The translations under genes and the position numbers were made by a program. The notes beneath the pieces are model-generated. The model worked only from the letters and a program-made list of their open reading frames with translations, was not told where the DNA came from and made no database searches. Positions 47,001-57,786 of a DNA stretch of 64,000 nucleotides are shown one piece after another. The DNA is from an uncultured Planctomycetota bacterium. Its GTDB lineage: Bacteria > Planctomycetota > Planctomycetia > Isosphaerales > Isosphaeraceae. Every line of letters begins with the position of its first letter. Position 1 is the stretch's first letter. The stretch is taken from positions 96,001-160,000 of the forward strand of contig CAWGMQ010000002.1 of assembly GCA_963823665.1 (NCBI GenBank). Direction: 5' to 3'.

Positions 47001-48574
47001 CTGACCGAGAAAACTGGCCAGATCGCACTCGAAGCACTCTGGGCCTTGAACGGCATTGGAAAGCTCGACGAAGCAGTCGCACTCAAATCGCTCGATCATC
47101 CCGACCCCTACGTGCGGCTCTGGACCGCACGCCTTCTCTGCGACGCATCCCGGGTAACACCTGCCGTGTCCCGGGCGCTCGCCCATCGCGCCGCGATCGA
47201 GCCAGGTGTTGAGGTTCGTAGCCAGCTTGCTTGCTCCGCAAAACGTCTGCCGGCACCTGATGCGCTGCCGATCATTCGCGCGCTCCTCGCTCACACTGAG
47301 GATGAGCGAGATATCCACGTTCCCCTGTTGCTGTGGTGGGCGCTCGAAGCGAAGGTCGCATCCGACCCCGAGCTCGTGCTGGCCGCTTTTTCTGAGAGCG
47401 ATATCTGGAACCTGCCCATCGCGAAAAAGACGATACTCGAGCGGCTGATGCGCCGATTCGCCGCCGCCGGCACCAGGCAAGATTTGAGCCAGTGTGCCAG
47501 ACTGCTCGCCCTGGCACCCGGCCCGGAACACGTCAAGCATCTGATGGCAGGTTTCGAGTCGGCCTACGCCGGACGTTCGCTCGCCGGCTTGCCGCCGGAG
47601 CTGGTCGATGCTCTCGCGAAATTTAGCGGTGATTCCATCACGCTCGGCCTTCGGCGTGGCAAGAACCAGGCGATCTCCGATGCTCTCCGCATCCTGGCCG
47701 ACCCGCACGCCGATCGGACCAAGCAGCTCCAGATCCTCCAGACGCTTGGTGAAGTTCGACTCCCCGTTGCCGTGCCCGCCATTCTGCGTCTCGCGTGCGA
47801 GTCGTCTGACAACGCCCTCCGCTCTTCCGCCTTGATTGCCCTCACCGGATATGACGACCCGGCTATCTCCGCCGCCGTGATCAAGACCTGTCCCAGCATG
47901 CCCGACGATGTGCTGGCCTCGGCCCAGAGCATGCTGTCGTCGCGCCGAGCTTGGCGCACGAATTCCTCAAATCCATCGAGGCCGGGACAATCGACGCTCA
48001 TAGCGTTCCCAAAGAAATCGTGGAAAAGTTGATGCTGCTGGGCGATCCCGCGATCAACAGCACAATCACCCGTCTTTGGGGACCGTTGAAACCCGTTTCG
48101 ACAGCCGAACATCACGCCAGGATCACCCGCTTCGCCGCCATGATTGGTGAAGGATCCGGAATTCCCAAGCCCGGCAAGCAGATCTTTGAACAGCAATGCG
48201 CCCGGTGCCATTCGCTCTTCGGAAGGGGTGGAAAGCTCGGCCCCGACCTCACGACGTACCGTCGCGATGATCTGGAAACGATGCTCCTGAACATCGTCAA
48301 TCCCAGCGCCGAGATTCGCGAAGGATTCTCGGGCTCGATTGTCGCCTCGAGCGACGGACGCATCCTTTCCGGTGTGATCGTCGAGCAAGACAAGAACGTC
48401 GTCATCCTGCGCGACAGCGACGGCCACGACGCGATCCTGGCCCGAACCGCGATCGACGCCATGCGGCCCGCCGAAAAGTCTCTGATGCCCGAGGGATTGC
48501 TCGACAATCTCACCCCCCAGCAACTCCGCGATTTGTTCGCATACCTTCGAAGCACACAGCCTCTCGTTGACTGA
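44013..48574 (+). CDS. Isochorismatase-like + ThuA-like + PVC-type membrane-bound dehydrogenase (beta-propeller, HEAT-like repeats, CxxCH cytochrome c); frameshift near 47960
   Basis: IIICDMWNQHWC, GVHLNMCVLGRPFG; RIFYTSLGHP; FDERGRLWVVQY, WFRPVDI; C-terminal CARCH, GPDLT, SLMPEGL. Confidence 0.9.
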
Positions 48575-49328
48575 TCTGATCCCGAAGCAAGCTGACAATT
48601 CCGGCCACGCGCCGAGCGTCGACTCGCGGCCACGAGCGCTCTGACCCATCGCACACAGCAGGGTTAATCACCCCCGACGTCATTTCACACACACCCGACC
48701 CAAGATGCACCTCCGTCACCTTCCCACGCCTCACCACCTGCACCACGCTATCCCCGTCCAACCGACCGCCGGCCATGACCACCAGCCGGCCGTTTGCACG
48801 GTTCACGAGCTCCGCCAGGTTCTCGACCCCCTCGAGGGCCGTGGGCCGGCCTCCCGACGTCAACACCCGATCGACACCCAGCTCAACCAAACGATCCAGT
48901 GCGTCCAGGAAACAATCCACCTGGTCAAATGCCTTGTGGAACGTCACCGCAAGCGGCCGCGCCAGCGCGACAAGCTCGGCGGTCCGATCGGCGTCAATCG
49001 TTGCGTCGGCTTTCAAGACGCCCACGACAACACCGGCGGCCCCGAGGTCTTTGGCCGATTCGATGTCATGGTGCATCACCGCTAGCTCAACGTCCGAGTA
49101 AACGAAATCGCCCGCACGCGGACGAATCAAGACATGCACCGGAATCCTCAGAGTTTGACAACATAGCGCAATCGCTCCAGCGCTCGGCGTTGTGCCCCCA
49201 ACCGACAGGTTGTCGCATAACTCGACGCGGTCTGCGCCGCCGGCTTCTGCGGCAATGGCCGACGCCACATCACTCACGCAGACCTCGACCTTCACGGGCG
49301 CGGCTGCTGCGACACCATGATCACTCAT
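48510..49328 (-). CDS. cutC: Copper homeostasis protein CutC
   Basis: VEVCV, GGADRVELCDNLSVGGTTPSAG, HVLIRPRAGDFVYS, TFHKAFD, RVLTSGG. 3' end uncertain (overlaps the neighbouring gene). Confidence 0.9.
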   Translation of the reverse strand: MSDHGVAAAAPVKVEVCVSDVASAIAAEAGGADRVELCDNLSVGGTTPSAGAIALCCQTLRIPVHVLIRPRAGDFVYSDVELAVMHHDIESAKDLGAAGVVVGVLKADATIDADRTAELVALARPLAVTFHKAFDQVDCFLDALDRLVELGVDRVLTSGGRPTALEGVENLAELVNRANGRLVVMAGGRLDGDSVVQVVRRGKVTEVHLGSGVCEMTSGVINPAVCDGSERSWPRVDARRVAGIVSLLRDQISQREAVCFEGMRTNRGVAGG

Positions 49329-49335
49329 CTCGCCC

Positions 49336-51012
49336 TCAAGATCCGATCCCGGCGCTTCGACCGAAGCAAACCAGCGTGATGTCGTCGAACTGTGATCGTC
49401 CCGACTGGTGCTCGCGAACTGTCGCCAGAATCGCTTCGCCCACCGCGGTTGCCCCCTGCGGTGCCTGAACCAGTGCCTCACGAAGACGCTGTTCCCCGAA
49501 TGGCTTGTCCCGTCGATCCCGCGCATCGGTCACCCCGTCGGAGTAAAGCACCACCACGTCGCCGGGTTCAAGTGCGACCGTGATCGCCTCATAGCCTCCG
49601 CCGCCGTCGATACCCAGTGGCGTCCCGGACTCCGTGCGACCCACCTCCTCGATCACGCCGCCGGACCGCCGGACAAGCGGACACGGATGACCAGCGCTGG
49701 CAACCGTCAAACGATGTGATCGTGGGTCAAGCTCCGTGAACGCCAAGGTCACAAATCGGCAGTCGAACTCCGCACTGCATACCCGATCGTTCACTTTCGA
49801 GAGCACCTCTCCAGGCGCAACCCCCGCGCGGACGAGGTGCCGCACCTCCGGACAGATTCCGGCCATCATGAGCGCCGCTGGCACGCCTTTGCCTGCAACG
49901 TCCCCGAGGATAATCGCCCAGCGGCCCGCCTCAGACTCCCCGAGCGCAGTCGACCCGACCGGGATGTAATCGTACAGATCGCCGCCAACCTCTTCCGTGG
50001 GTCGATAACATTCCCAGAACGCGTAACCCGGGATGCCGGGCCGGTCTCTCGGCAACAGTGCGAGCTGGATCTGACCGGCCGCCGCCCATGACGCTCGCTT
50101 CTTCACCAGCGTGTGGTTCTCCACAGCAATCCCCATCGGTACGGCCAGCGCCGCCAGCAGGTCAAGCTCCGGGGATGTGAATCGCTCTGTATCCATTCGG
50201 CTGTCGAGCTGCACCATTCCGACCGGCTTGCCGTCGCTACCGGGCAGCGGCACGACCAGCGCTGTTCGTAGCGAGGAAGCCACGCTCTGCTGACTCTTGT
50301 AATCCGAGTCGAGCGTCGCATCCGAGATCAACACGGCTTTGCCCTCCTCGAGAACCTGACGAGCAATCGTCCGGGAGAGCGACGGCGTCTCCGGCGGACC
50401 GCTGCGCCGCCGCGCCGCCCGTAAGGGAAGCGTTCCGTCCGGCTCCACGGTCAAGACGAAGCCACGCTCCGCCCGTGGAAACACAGCCATCAGCCCATCC
50501 AGCACCCGCGCAAACATCTCGTTCAGATCGGCCCCCCCGAGCGCGCGGTTCACATCGAGAATCGCCTGGAAGGCTTCGACCGGCTGCGCCAGCCGCCGTG
50601 CCAGCCGGATGGAGCTCAGGTCCTCAATCGACCCCAGCACCGTCGAGCGCTCCTCATCGTCTTTCCGAAGCCCGACAGTTGGATCACGGAAAATCAGTTC
50701 ATGCTCGAATATTCGCACCCGGCAGCCGTCGCGCAGACGAACAGCGTGGAACGGCATGAGCTTCTTGTCGTCAACGTAACTGTGGTTCTGGCTGTCGAGA
50801 TCGACCAGGTGGCAAGAACCATCCGTCCGACGTTCAACCCGGGCGTGATTCCGGGAGACCTTTGCGTCGTCGATCTGGATATCCGAGCCGCGCGTGCGGC
50901 CGATGTGAAGGTCGGTCCCCGTGATCTCGAACACGCGCACAACCTGACCGTCCCGGATCAATTCAAGTGTCGGAACGACTGGCTGCGATTTGAGATTCTT
51001 TGGCCCGTTCAT
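49336..51012 (-). CDS. FHA-GAF-SpoIIE (PP2C) phosphatase
   Basis: FHA IGR..VSRNHA..DLDSQN; GAF region; VGGDLYD, GDVAGKG, ASAGHP, LYSDGVTDA, DDITL. Confidence 0.93.
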   Translation of the reverse strand: MNGPKNLKSQPVVPTLELIRDGQVVRVFEITGTDLHIGRTRGSDIQIDDAKVSRNHARVERRTDGSCHLVDLDSQNHSYVDDKKLMPFHAVRLRDGCRVRIFEHELIFRDPTVGLRKDDEERSTVLGSIEDLSSIRLARRLAQPVEAFQAILDVNRALGGADLNEMFARVLDGLMAVFPRAERGFVLTVEPDGTLPLRAARRRSGPPETPSLSRTIARQVLEEGKAVLISDATLDSDYKSQQSVASSLRTALVVPLPGSDGKPVGMVQLDSRMDTERFTSPELDLLAALAVPMGIAVENHTLVKKRASWAAAGQIQLALLPRDRPGIPGYAFWECYRPTEEVGGDLYDYIPVGSTALGESEAGRWAIILGDVAGKGVPAALMMAGICPEVRHLVRAGVAPGEVLSKVNDRVCSAEFDCRFVTLAFTELDPRSHRLTVASAGHPCPLVRRSGGVIEEVGRTESGTPLGIDGGGGYEAITVALEPGDVVVLYSDGVTDARDRRDKPFGEQRLREALVQAPQGATAVGEAILATVREHQSGRSQFDDITLVCFGRSAGIGS

Positions 51013-51264
51013 CGTTTAGCCCCACAGACAGCCGTTTCGAGCCGGACTCGTCCCGCGCTGAACACAAACCATACGTCGCTGCCAGCTTCGGCACCCGCTG
51101 GGCGCACCTTCGGTCAGCAGCCAATTGTATCGCTTTGGGCGGAGCCCGGCGATCAAAACAGTTGGCGTGTCGCTCCCGAGCCGATTAACATAAGCTCTAC
51201 GCGAGCGCGCCGAACGGACTGCGGTGCGCTCCGCAGCCTCGATCCCTCCACAGGAGACCCCGCC

Positions 51265-52611
51265 GTGACTGACCGACCGCAAGCCGCCCGCCCGATCAAT
51301 CCCGCCTGTTCCTCCGACTCCTCGCAACATTCCAGCCGGCGCGATTTCCTTACGAGCTCGACCGCTGCACTTGCGGGAGCAAGCGCCCTGGCCACCGCCG
51401 CCGCAGTCTTGCCGGTGCCCATGGTTCACGCCGGTGGCAGCAGCACCATCAAGATCGGTCTGGTCGGTTGCGGCGGACGCGGCAGTGGTGCCGCCGAGGA
51501 AGCGTTGAAAGCCGACTCCGGCACCAAGCTGGTCGCCGTTGCCGACGCGTTCCAGGACCGGATCAATGATCACCTCTCGCACCTCAAGGAGCTGCCCGTC
51601 GGCTCCCGGATCGATGTTCCCAAAGACCGTCAATACACCGGCTTCGACGCCTACAAGCACGTCATCGACCAGGTCGACCTGGTCCTCCTCACCACGCCGC
51701 CGCATTTCCGGCCCCTTCACCTGGCCTATGCGGTCGAAAAAGGAGTGAACGCGTTTGTCGAGAAGCCGATGGCCGTCGACGGCCCCGGTCTGCGCAAGTA
51801 TCTCCAGGCGTGCAAAGACGCCCAGGCCAAGAACCTCTCTTTGGTCAATGGCTTCTGCTGGCGCTACGACGCCCCCCGCCGCCAGACCATGAAGCGCGTG
51901 ATGGACGGCCAGATCGGCGACATCGTCGCCATCGAAACAACCTACAACTCTCAGGGTGTCTGGGAGCCGCGTAAAACCCGCGAACAATGCGACTCCGACA
52001 TGGAATACCAGATGCGCAACTGGTACTACTACTGCTGGCTCTCCGGTGACCACATCACCGAGCAGGCCGTCCACGGCATCGACACCATGGCCTGGGCCAT
52101 GAACGACATGCCGCCGGTGAAATGCTGGGGCGTCGGCGGCCGCCAATCGCGCACCGATCCCAAGTACGGCAATATCTGGGACCATTTCTCCGTCGTCTAC
52201 GAATACCCGGGCAATGTCCGCGGTTACCACCACTGCCGCCATTGGGTCAACACGCCTCCCCAGGTCAAAGACTACGTGCTCGGCAGCAAGGGCACGGCCG
52301 ACGTCTTCGGCAATGCGATCACGGGTCCGAACAAGTGGCGTTATCGCGGTCAAAAGAAGGACAGCATGTACCAGGTTGAGCATGATGAGATGTTCGCCGC
52401 GATCCGTGCCGGCAAGCCGATCAACAACGGCGAAAAAGCCGCCGGAACGACACTCCTGGCCCTGATGGGCCGCACCGCCGCCTACACGGGCGAGGTCATC
52501 ACCCCCGAGATGATCCTCACGTCCAAGGAAGACCTGAGCCCCCCCAAGTACGAATTCGGCGCTCTGACTCCAGCGCCAATCCCCGTGCCCGGCACCACAA
52601 AGTTCGCTTGA
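51265..52611 (+). CDS. Tat-exported Gfo/Idh/MocA oxidoreductase
   Basis: caggag RBS + GTG; SRRDFL Tat motif; IGLVGCGGRGSGA; EKPMAVD. Confidence 0.93.
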   Translation: MTDRPQAARPINPACSSDSSQHSSRRDFLTSSTAALAGASALATAAAVLPVPMVHAGGSSTIKIGLVGCGGRGSGAAEEALKADSGTKLVAVADAFQDRINDHLSHLKELPVGSRIDVPKDRQYTGFDAYKHVIDQVDLVLLTTPPHFRPLHLAYAVEKGVNAFVEKPMAVDGPGLRKYLQACKDAQAKNLSLVNGFCWRYDAPRRQTMKRVMDGQIGDIVAIETTYNSQGVWEPRKTREQCDSDMEYQMRNWYYYCWLSGDHITEQAVHGIDTMAWAMNDMPPVKCWGVGGRQSRTDPKYGNIWDHFSVVYEYPGNVRGYHHCRHWVNTPPQVKDYVLGSKGTADVFGNAITGPNKWRYRGQKKDSMYQVEHDEMFAAIRAGKPINNGEKAAGTTLLALMGRTAAYTGEVITPEMILTSKEDLSPPKYEFGALTPAPIPVPGTTKFA

Positions 52612-52886
52612 GAGCAGACCGTGCAGTCTCCTTCCCACGCTCCCGCGTGAGAATGCCCACCGTTTCGACACGGGTGGTGTCTCACGCCCACGAACGCATC
52701 GGCTTGCCTTGCGCAAGTGTAAATGCAAGTTGAGTTTTCGTCGTTTTTTCGGGCGCTCAGCCATCGATAAAAAATGATAAAAAGTGATTAAAATTCTGAG
52801 AAATCTTCGCCCCGCGAGCCGTTCCCAGTCCGGGGGGGTGCCCAGCCCTCCGCCCCAGCCCACCCCTGGTCCCGCCGCGAGCATGT

Positions 52887-53077
52887 CCCTCCGTCCTCCG
52901 CACGCCACCCTCCGTCCTCCGCCCTCCGTCCTCCGCCCTCCGCCCTCCGCTTGGGTTCGTTCGCGCAATCTGGCCACGTTGTCAAGTCCCATTTCGTTCT
53001 CGTTTTGTGATTCAATCACAAGTCGAGCCTCAACTTATGCATTCCCAGCCACGTGAGCCCGCTGGGTTCGTTCGCGC
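52887..53077. repeat. Intergenic heptamer array (YCCTCCG) plus two copies of tgggttcgttcgcgc
   Basis: Eight YCCTCCG units with one interruption at 52887-52949; exact 15-mer at 52952-52966 and 53063-53077. Confidence 0.8.
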
Positions 53078-53663
53078 GTTTTTCGCCGCCGAACAATCGG
53101 GTACAACCCTTCGCATTCAGAAAACCCCGAGTCCAAGTTCGCGTAGCCTGCTCGGAAACAGGGCCACCACCCAAGCGTGATCGATCGAGAAGGTCCATTC
53201 GGCGATACCGTGCTGGGTGCGACTCGTGTAGTTGACGACGAAGATGAGGACGAGGAGAAGGAGGTGGTTCTCATTGCCCCGAGCCGACTCCGGTGTCAGC
53301 GATCGAGACTCAGATAGGTAGATTATATCATGAGCCTCGTGGATCGGTTTATGTTTTCGATCAGGAAATCTGGATTTCTTCTGCGGGTCAGAGCGAATAG
53401 AACGATCATCACGATCGCAACGACTGAACAGGGAAGATTTGCGCACCGATTCTGCCAGAAACAGGCGTTTCCGAATGCTTGATAAGCGACAGCCGAGCTC
53501 GGCCTGATATTGCCAGGTGATACCCGTTCACCGCCTTCGGGGATGCTTGACCAAGCTGGACCGTTGCAATCTAATTGCACGCTAGGTGACCAGAACCCGG
53601 TCCAAAGCGGTTGGGCTCGCCGCTTATCTGCGAACTGTCGATTGATTCCAGGGAGCGGCAGTC

Positions 53664-54911
53664 GTGAACAAAGCCAGCGCGGTTGTCGTCGCAGTGGCCT
53701 TGGCCGCGCCGTTCTCGAGCGCAGCCCGGCAACAACACGACATCGTGGAGGCTAAAGCCGGCGAAACGATCGCCTCCATGGACGAGCTGCGATTTGTTCC
53801 CCCAAAGGACAAGGGCTCGGCGAGCTTGGTCGACGGCAGGTTTGGCCGCGCGGTCCGCTTTCGCTTCGCGGCCGATTCCGCCGGAAGCTTCTTCACAAGC
53901 AACATCCGCGGCACTCCCGCTTGGGACAAGGCTGAGGGATTTTCGTTCTGGGTCAGGGGCGAAGACCAGGCCGGCTTCGGCGGAATCGAATTTATATATG
54001 ATGACGATTACGCGGTCCGGTACGACCTCTGCTTCCCCATCCGGCCGCGCGAATGGACGAAAGTCGTCGCGGCCTGGCGAGACCTCGTCCCCGTGCTGCC
54101 GGGGCCGCGATCGAGGCCCCTGGGTCTGTCCGGCGGCAATCCGCCTTCAAAACTCTCGGCGCTCTTCGTGGGGCGGTGGTGGTACTGGTCGGAGTATCCG
54201 GCGCTGAGCTTTGATCTCGACGAGATTCGGCTGGAGCCCAAGGTTCGAAGGCCCCCGCCGCCGCTTCCGCGCGGAGACCCCCTGGAGCGCACGCGTGCGA
54301 AGCTGAAGGCGGGTCGTCCGGTCACCGTGGTGACGATGGGCGACTCACTAACCGACAAGCGACATTGGGCCAACCGCGAAGTCGCGTGGGTGGACATTTT
54401 GCGCGACGCCCTGAAACAGAAATTCGGCGCCGAGATCACGATCGTCAACCCCGCGATCGGCGGGACCCAGTTGCGGCAAAACGTGATCTTGATTCCGCGA
54501 TGGCTGGCCCTTGCGCCCGACCCGGATCTGGTGATCTTGTTTTTCGGCGGCAACGACTGGGATGCCGGAATGCGCGGCGGTGAATTCTATCTGGCATGCC
54601 TCGACGCCGTGGACCGCGTGCGACAGGCGACGAATGGCAGGTCCGACGTCTTGATCGTCACGACGAACCCCTCGGCGGCGCGGTGGGGCACGCTCGAAGA
54701 GTTGGCGGAAGCCTGCCGCCGAGCCGCTCGGGATCGCCGCGCAGGCCTTGCCGACACGGACCGAGCTTTTATTGAGGTTGGGAAAGACCATCCCGATGGG
54801 CTCTTCGTTCACGACCGGGTCCATCTAAGCCGCACTGGCCACACGGTCGTCGCCGAGACGGTCGCCCGCGCCATCGACTCCGCCGGCGCTCTAGCCGCAG
54901 AATCTCGGTAG
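53664..54911 (+). CDS. Secreted SGNH/GDSL hydrolase with N-terminal carbohydrate-binding-like domain
   Basis: MGDSLT, NPAIGG, FGGND, DRVHL catalytic blocks; signal peptide. Confidence 0.88.
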   Translation: MNKASAVVVAVALAAPFSSAARQQHDIVEAKAGETIASMDELRFVPPKDKGSASLVDGRFGRAVRFRFAADSAGSFFTSNIRGTPAWDKAEGFSFWVRGEDQAGFGGIEFIYDDDYAVRYDLCFPIRPREWTKVVAAWRDLVPVLPGPRSRPLGLSGGNPPSKLSALFVGRWWYWSEYPALSFDLDEIRLEPKVRRPPPPLPRGDPLERTRAKLKAGRPVTVVTMGDSLTDKRHWANREVAWVDILRDALKQKFGAEITIVNPAIGGTQLRQNVILIPRWLALAPDPDLVILFFGGNDWDAGMRGGEFYLACLDAVDRVRQATNGRSDVLIVTTNPSAARWGTLEELAEACRRAARDRRAGLADTDRAFIEVGKDHPDGLFVHDRVHLSRTGHTVVAETVARAIDSAGALAAESR

Positions 54912-55041
54912 CGTGACGTACTCGCGGAGGAAAACAGGGGCGCAATTGGTTTGTCTAGGGGAGGGAAACACAGGGCCTGATAGACAAAGCCCCCAGGTGC
55001 TAGTCTCGCTGTTCTTGTCATGACAGCGCCTGCTCACATAA

Positions 55042-55128
55042 CTGAAGGCTTCCGTCAATACGAATCGCGTCCCGGCTTTCGTCCCTGAAGGCTTCCGTCA
55101 AATACGAATCGCGTCCCGGTTTCCGTCC
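55042..55128. repeat. Near-perfect 43/44-bp tandem duplication
   Basis: ctgaaggcttccgtcaa(a)tacgaatcgcgtcccggYttYcgtcc at 55042-55084 and 55085-55128. Confidence 0.9.
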
Positions 55129-55711
55129 ACGAGCCCGTGCGAAACAGAACGCGAGGTGTCCTCGAAATGAAGGCAGAAACCCACCCGTGTGTAGGGGGAC
55201 TGGGGGATTGAGCCCGCAGCAACTTGCGCGATCGGCAAGGCGCGCAGCGGACGGGAGTACGTGCGGCCTTCGTTCGGATGCGGACGAAGTGGAATGTTTT
55301 CCGTCGATGTTGCCCGCCAGCGCTTGCACATCAGGGCGGAGTCACATCATGCCCGTAATGCGCGGTCGCGGGCCGTCGCTCGAACCGCACTCGCAGCAAT
55401 TGCCGAACCGAGATCATCAGCGCGAAGTTTGCGATCCCTTGGGTGTCTCCCTTCCCTCGTCAAGCGTACAACTGTGTACCGCATGTCGCCGGGTGACCTC
55501 AAACCGATACGGGAAGCGAGCACGACGCAATCGCAAGGCAGGTTTTGACTGCACTGCGACTGTTCGCCGTTCGCTGCTCGCTGCTCACCTTAGCGACGCC
55601 GACCGATCCGAGTGGCTCATCGCGCAGGGCGTCTTCTGATTTCGGACGGCCATCATGGAGCCAAGCACTCTGCCAGAGACTTGTTTGACCCGTGGAGTTG
55701 TGACTTCATGC

Positions 55712-57593
55712 TCACGGCGTTAGCAGAGCAACGTCTGTTCTGCGCTTGGTGAGCTGTCGACTCGTCCGGGGCCGTCGCAATGCAGCTTCCATGCGATCGA
55801 ACCAAGCAACGAGTGCCAGGGTGACATTCAGCCGGCTGCCGGCCAGGGTGTCGCCGATCCCCATTGCATGCTCCCGCATTGCGTGAATCAGCTTCCCGGT
55901 GTCGATCACTCCGAGGTCGTTGAGTCTGGTACCCAGGACCATCGCCTCCAGGCTGGGCAGATTGCGCGAGGCCGCACCAGTAGATGTCATTGAAGCCTCG
56001 CTTGTCGCGCCTCGCTCGGATCGGTTCGGGCACGATGCCGCGCATTGCCTCTCGGAGGACCGGCTTGCGAGTCCCGAGTGATTCGCGGACAGCCCGAGGC
56101 ACACGCAGGCAGAACTCGACGAGCCGCGGGTCGAGGAACGGATGCGAGTTCGCCATCCCCAACGGCGCCGCGAGGTGCCAGGATGACCAGTTGCCGGAGC
56201 ACGTCTGGATCGCGCAGAGGTCCGCGGACCGCTCGGCGGAAGGGGTGTATAGGCTGCGCGCGAAGTCCAGGCCCTTCTCCCAGAGGTCGTGGTCCCGGGC
56301 GAACTCGCGAGCGATCCAGAGGGGAACTGCCGTCGCACTCAGCGCCGGCCAACCGCCTCGACCGCGGCGAAGCCACGTCCCGATGCCGTCGCGCAGGCTG
56401 GGCGGGATATTGGGCCCGAGCCCGCGGCGCCACCAGATGTCCGCCAGGCTCCGGTTGGTCGCCCGCGCCCATCGCCGCGCCTCGGCCAGCGACTCGATCC
56501 AACGACCGCGACGGACGAGGCCGGCAATCTGGAGGGAGCGCCCATCCAGGAAGTCGTCCGCCCCCGTGCCCGTGAGTATGGTAGCCGCGCCCGCCCGGTG
56601 CGCCTCATCGATCAGGAGTCGCTCCATCCCCATCCGGAAGAGTCCGGCATACGGCTCGTCGTGCTCGGGAATCCCCTCGCCAAACCAGTCGAAGTCGAGC
56701 GCCTCGTCAGCGTCAATGAACCGGCCGTCGATGAGTCCGCCCTGGTTGACGACCATCTCGGCGAACGCCCGTTCCCCCGCCAGGTGGGTATTCCGGTAGA
56801 CGAGCGACAGCGTCGTCAAGCGTCGCATGCCGCCGCTCCCATCAAGGCATCGCCGCGCCTGGCAGACCACCGACGAACTGTCCATCCCGCCCGAGAGGTG
56901 CGCCGCGACGGAACCGCGTGCGACCCGCTCGTCGACCGCGCGACGGAGGAGGTCCTCGCAGCGCGCGCCGGCTTCGACCAGGGTGATCGGTTCCTGGCGC
57001 TCAACGAGACCTGCCCAGTCCCAGGTCGTCGTTCGTTGGATGCACGGGCCCGGACCCAACGTAACGAGGGTTCCGGCCGGAACGCGCTGGACCCCTTCGA
57101 AAGGAGTCGTCTCGCCCGGCAATTCGGTGAACGCGTTTGATGCCATAAGGAAGCGCGAGAAGTACTCCAGGTTGTAGGATCGGCGCCCGCCCAATGACGT
57201 GATGTGGGTGCTCACGGCGACGCCCGGGCCGTCGATCGTCCAGTAAAGGGGCCAAGCGCCGAACGGGTCGCGCAGCGCCAGCAATCGCCGCCGCCGGGGA
57301 TCCCAGACCGCGAGGGAGAACTCACCCTCCAGCCTCGCGAGGCCGGCGGCACCGAGCTGGCGATGGACGGCCAGCGCGAACCCCGCGTCGGTTGCCGAGG
57401 TCAGGCTCTCGCGGACCGACGCCGGCAATCCCCGCATGGCTTCGTCGCGGTAGTGCAACCGACCGATCAAGATGGCTGCAGTCGCCAGGACGGGATCCTC
57501 GGCGAACGTGACGAATGATACCGCCGGCGTTCCGATCAAGCGGAATTCCGCGGGCATTCCCGGAAGACAAACAACCTCGAATCCTGGTTTCAT
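55712..57593 (-). CDS. Lasso peptide cyclase (asparagine-synthetase-like C protein); frameshift near 55970
   Basis: LEGEFSLAVWD, RDPFGAWPLY, HLSGGMDSS (PP-loop), LTGTGADDF, HPFLDPRLVEF, KPVLREAM; no N-terminal catalytic Cys; directly after the B gene. Confidence 0.9.
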
Positions 57594-57786
57594 GGCGCAA
57601 CTCCCGATCCAGCAGAGTAGGAACCGAAGGGGACGAATTTCGACACGTCGAACGATTGGCATTGATGCCGGCGGGCGGTCCTGCGGCGGGCCCAGTCTCG
57701 ATCCTCGCGATCCCAGCGGGGCCTGGAGCAGCACTCCGGCGGAATTCCCGACGGGACCACATCTGCCCGGCAGCGCAGACTGCACA

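Noticed and set aside
43956..47708. Long antisense ORFs (832 aa and 414 aa here; also 51016-53019 and 92-865)
   Set aside because: These are shadow ORFs opposite real high-GC genes and show no recognisable motifs.
55042..55128. CRISPR array
   Set aside because: Two abutting copies, no spacer and no cas genes.
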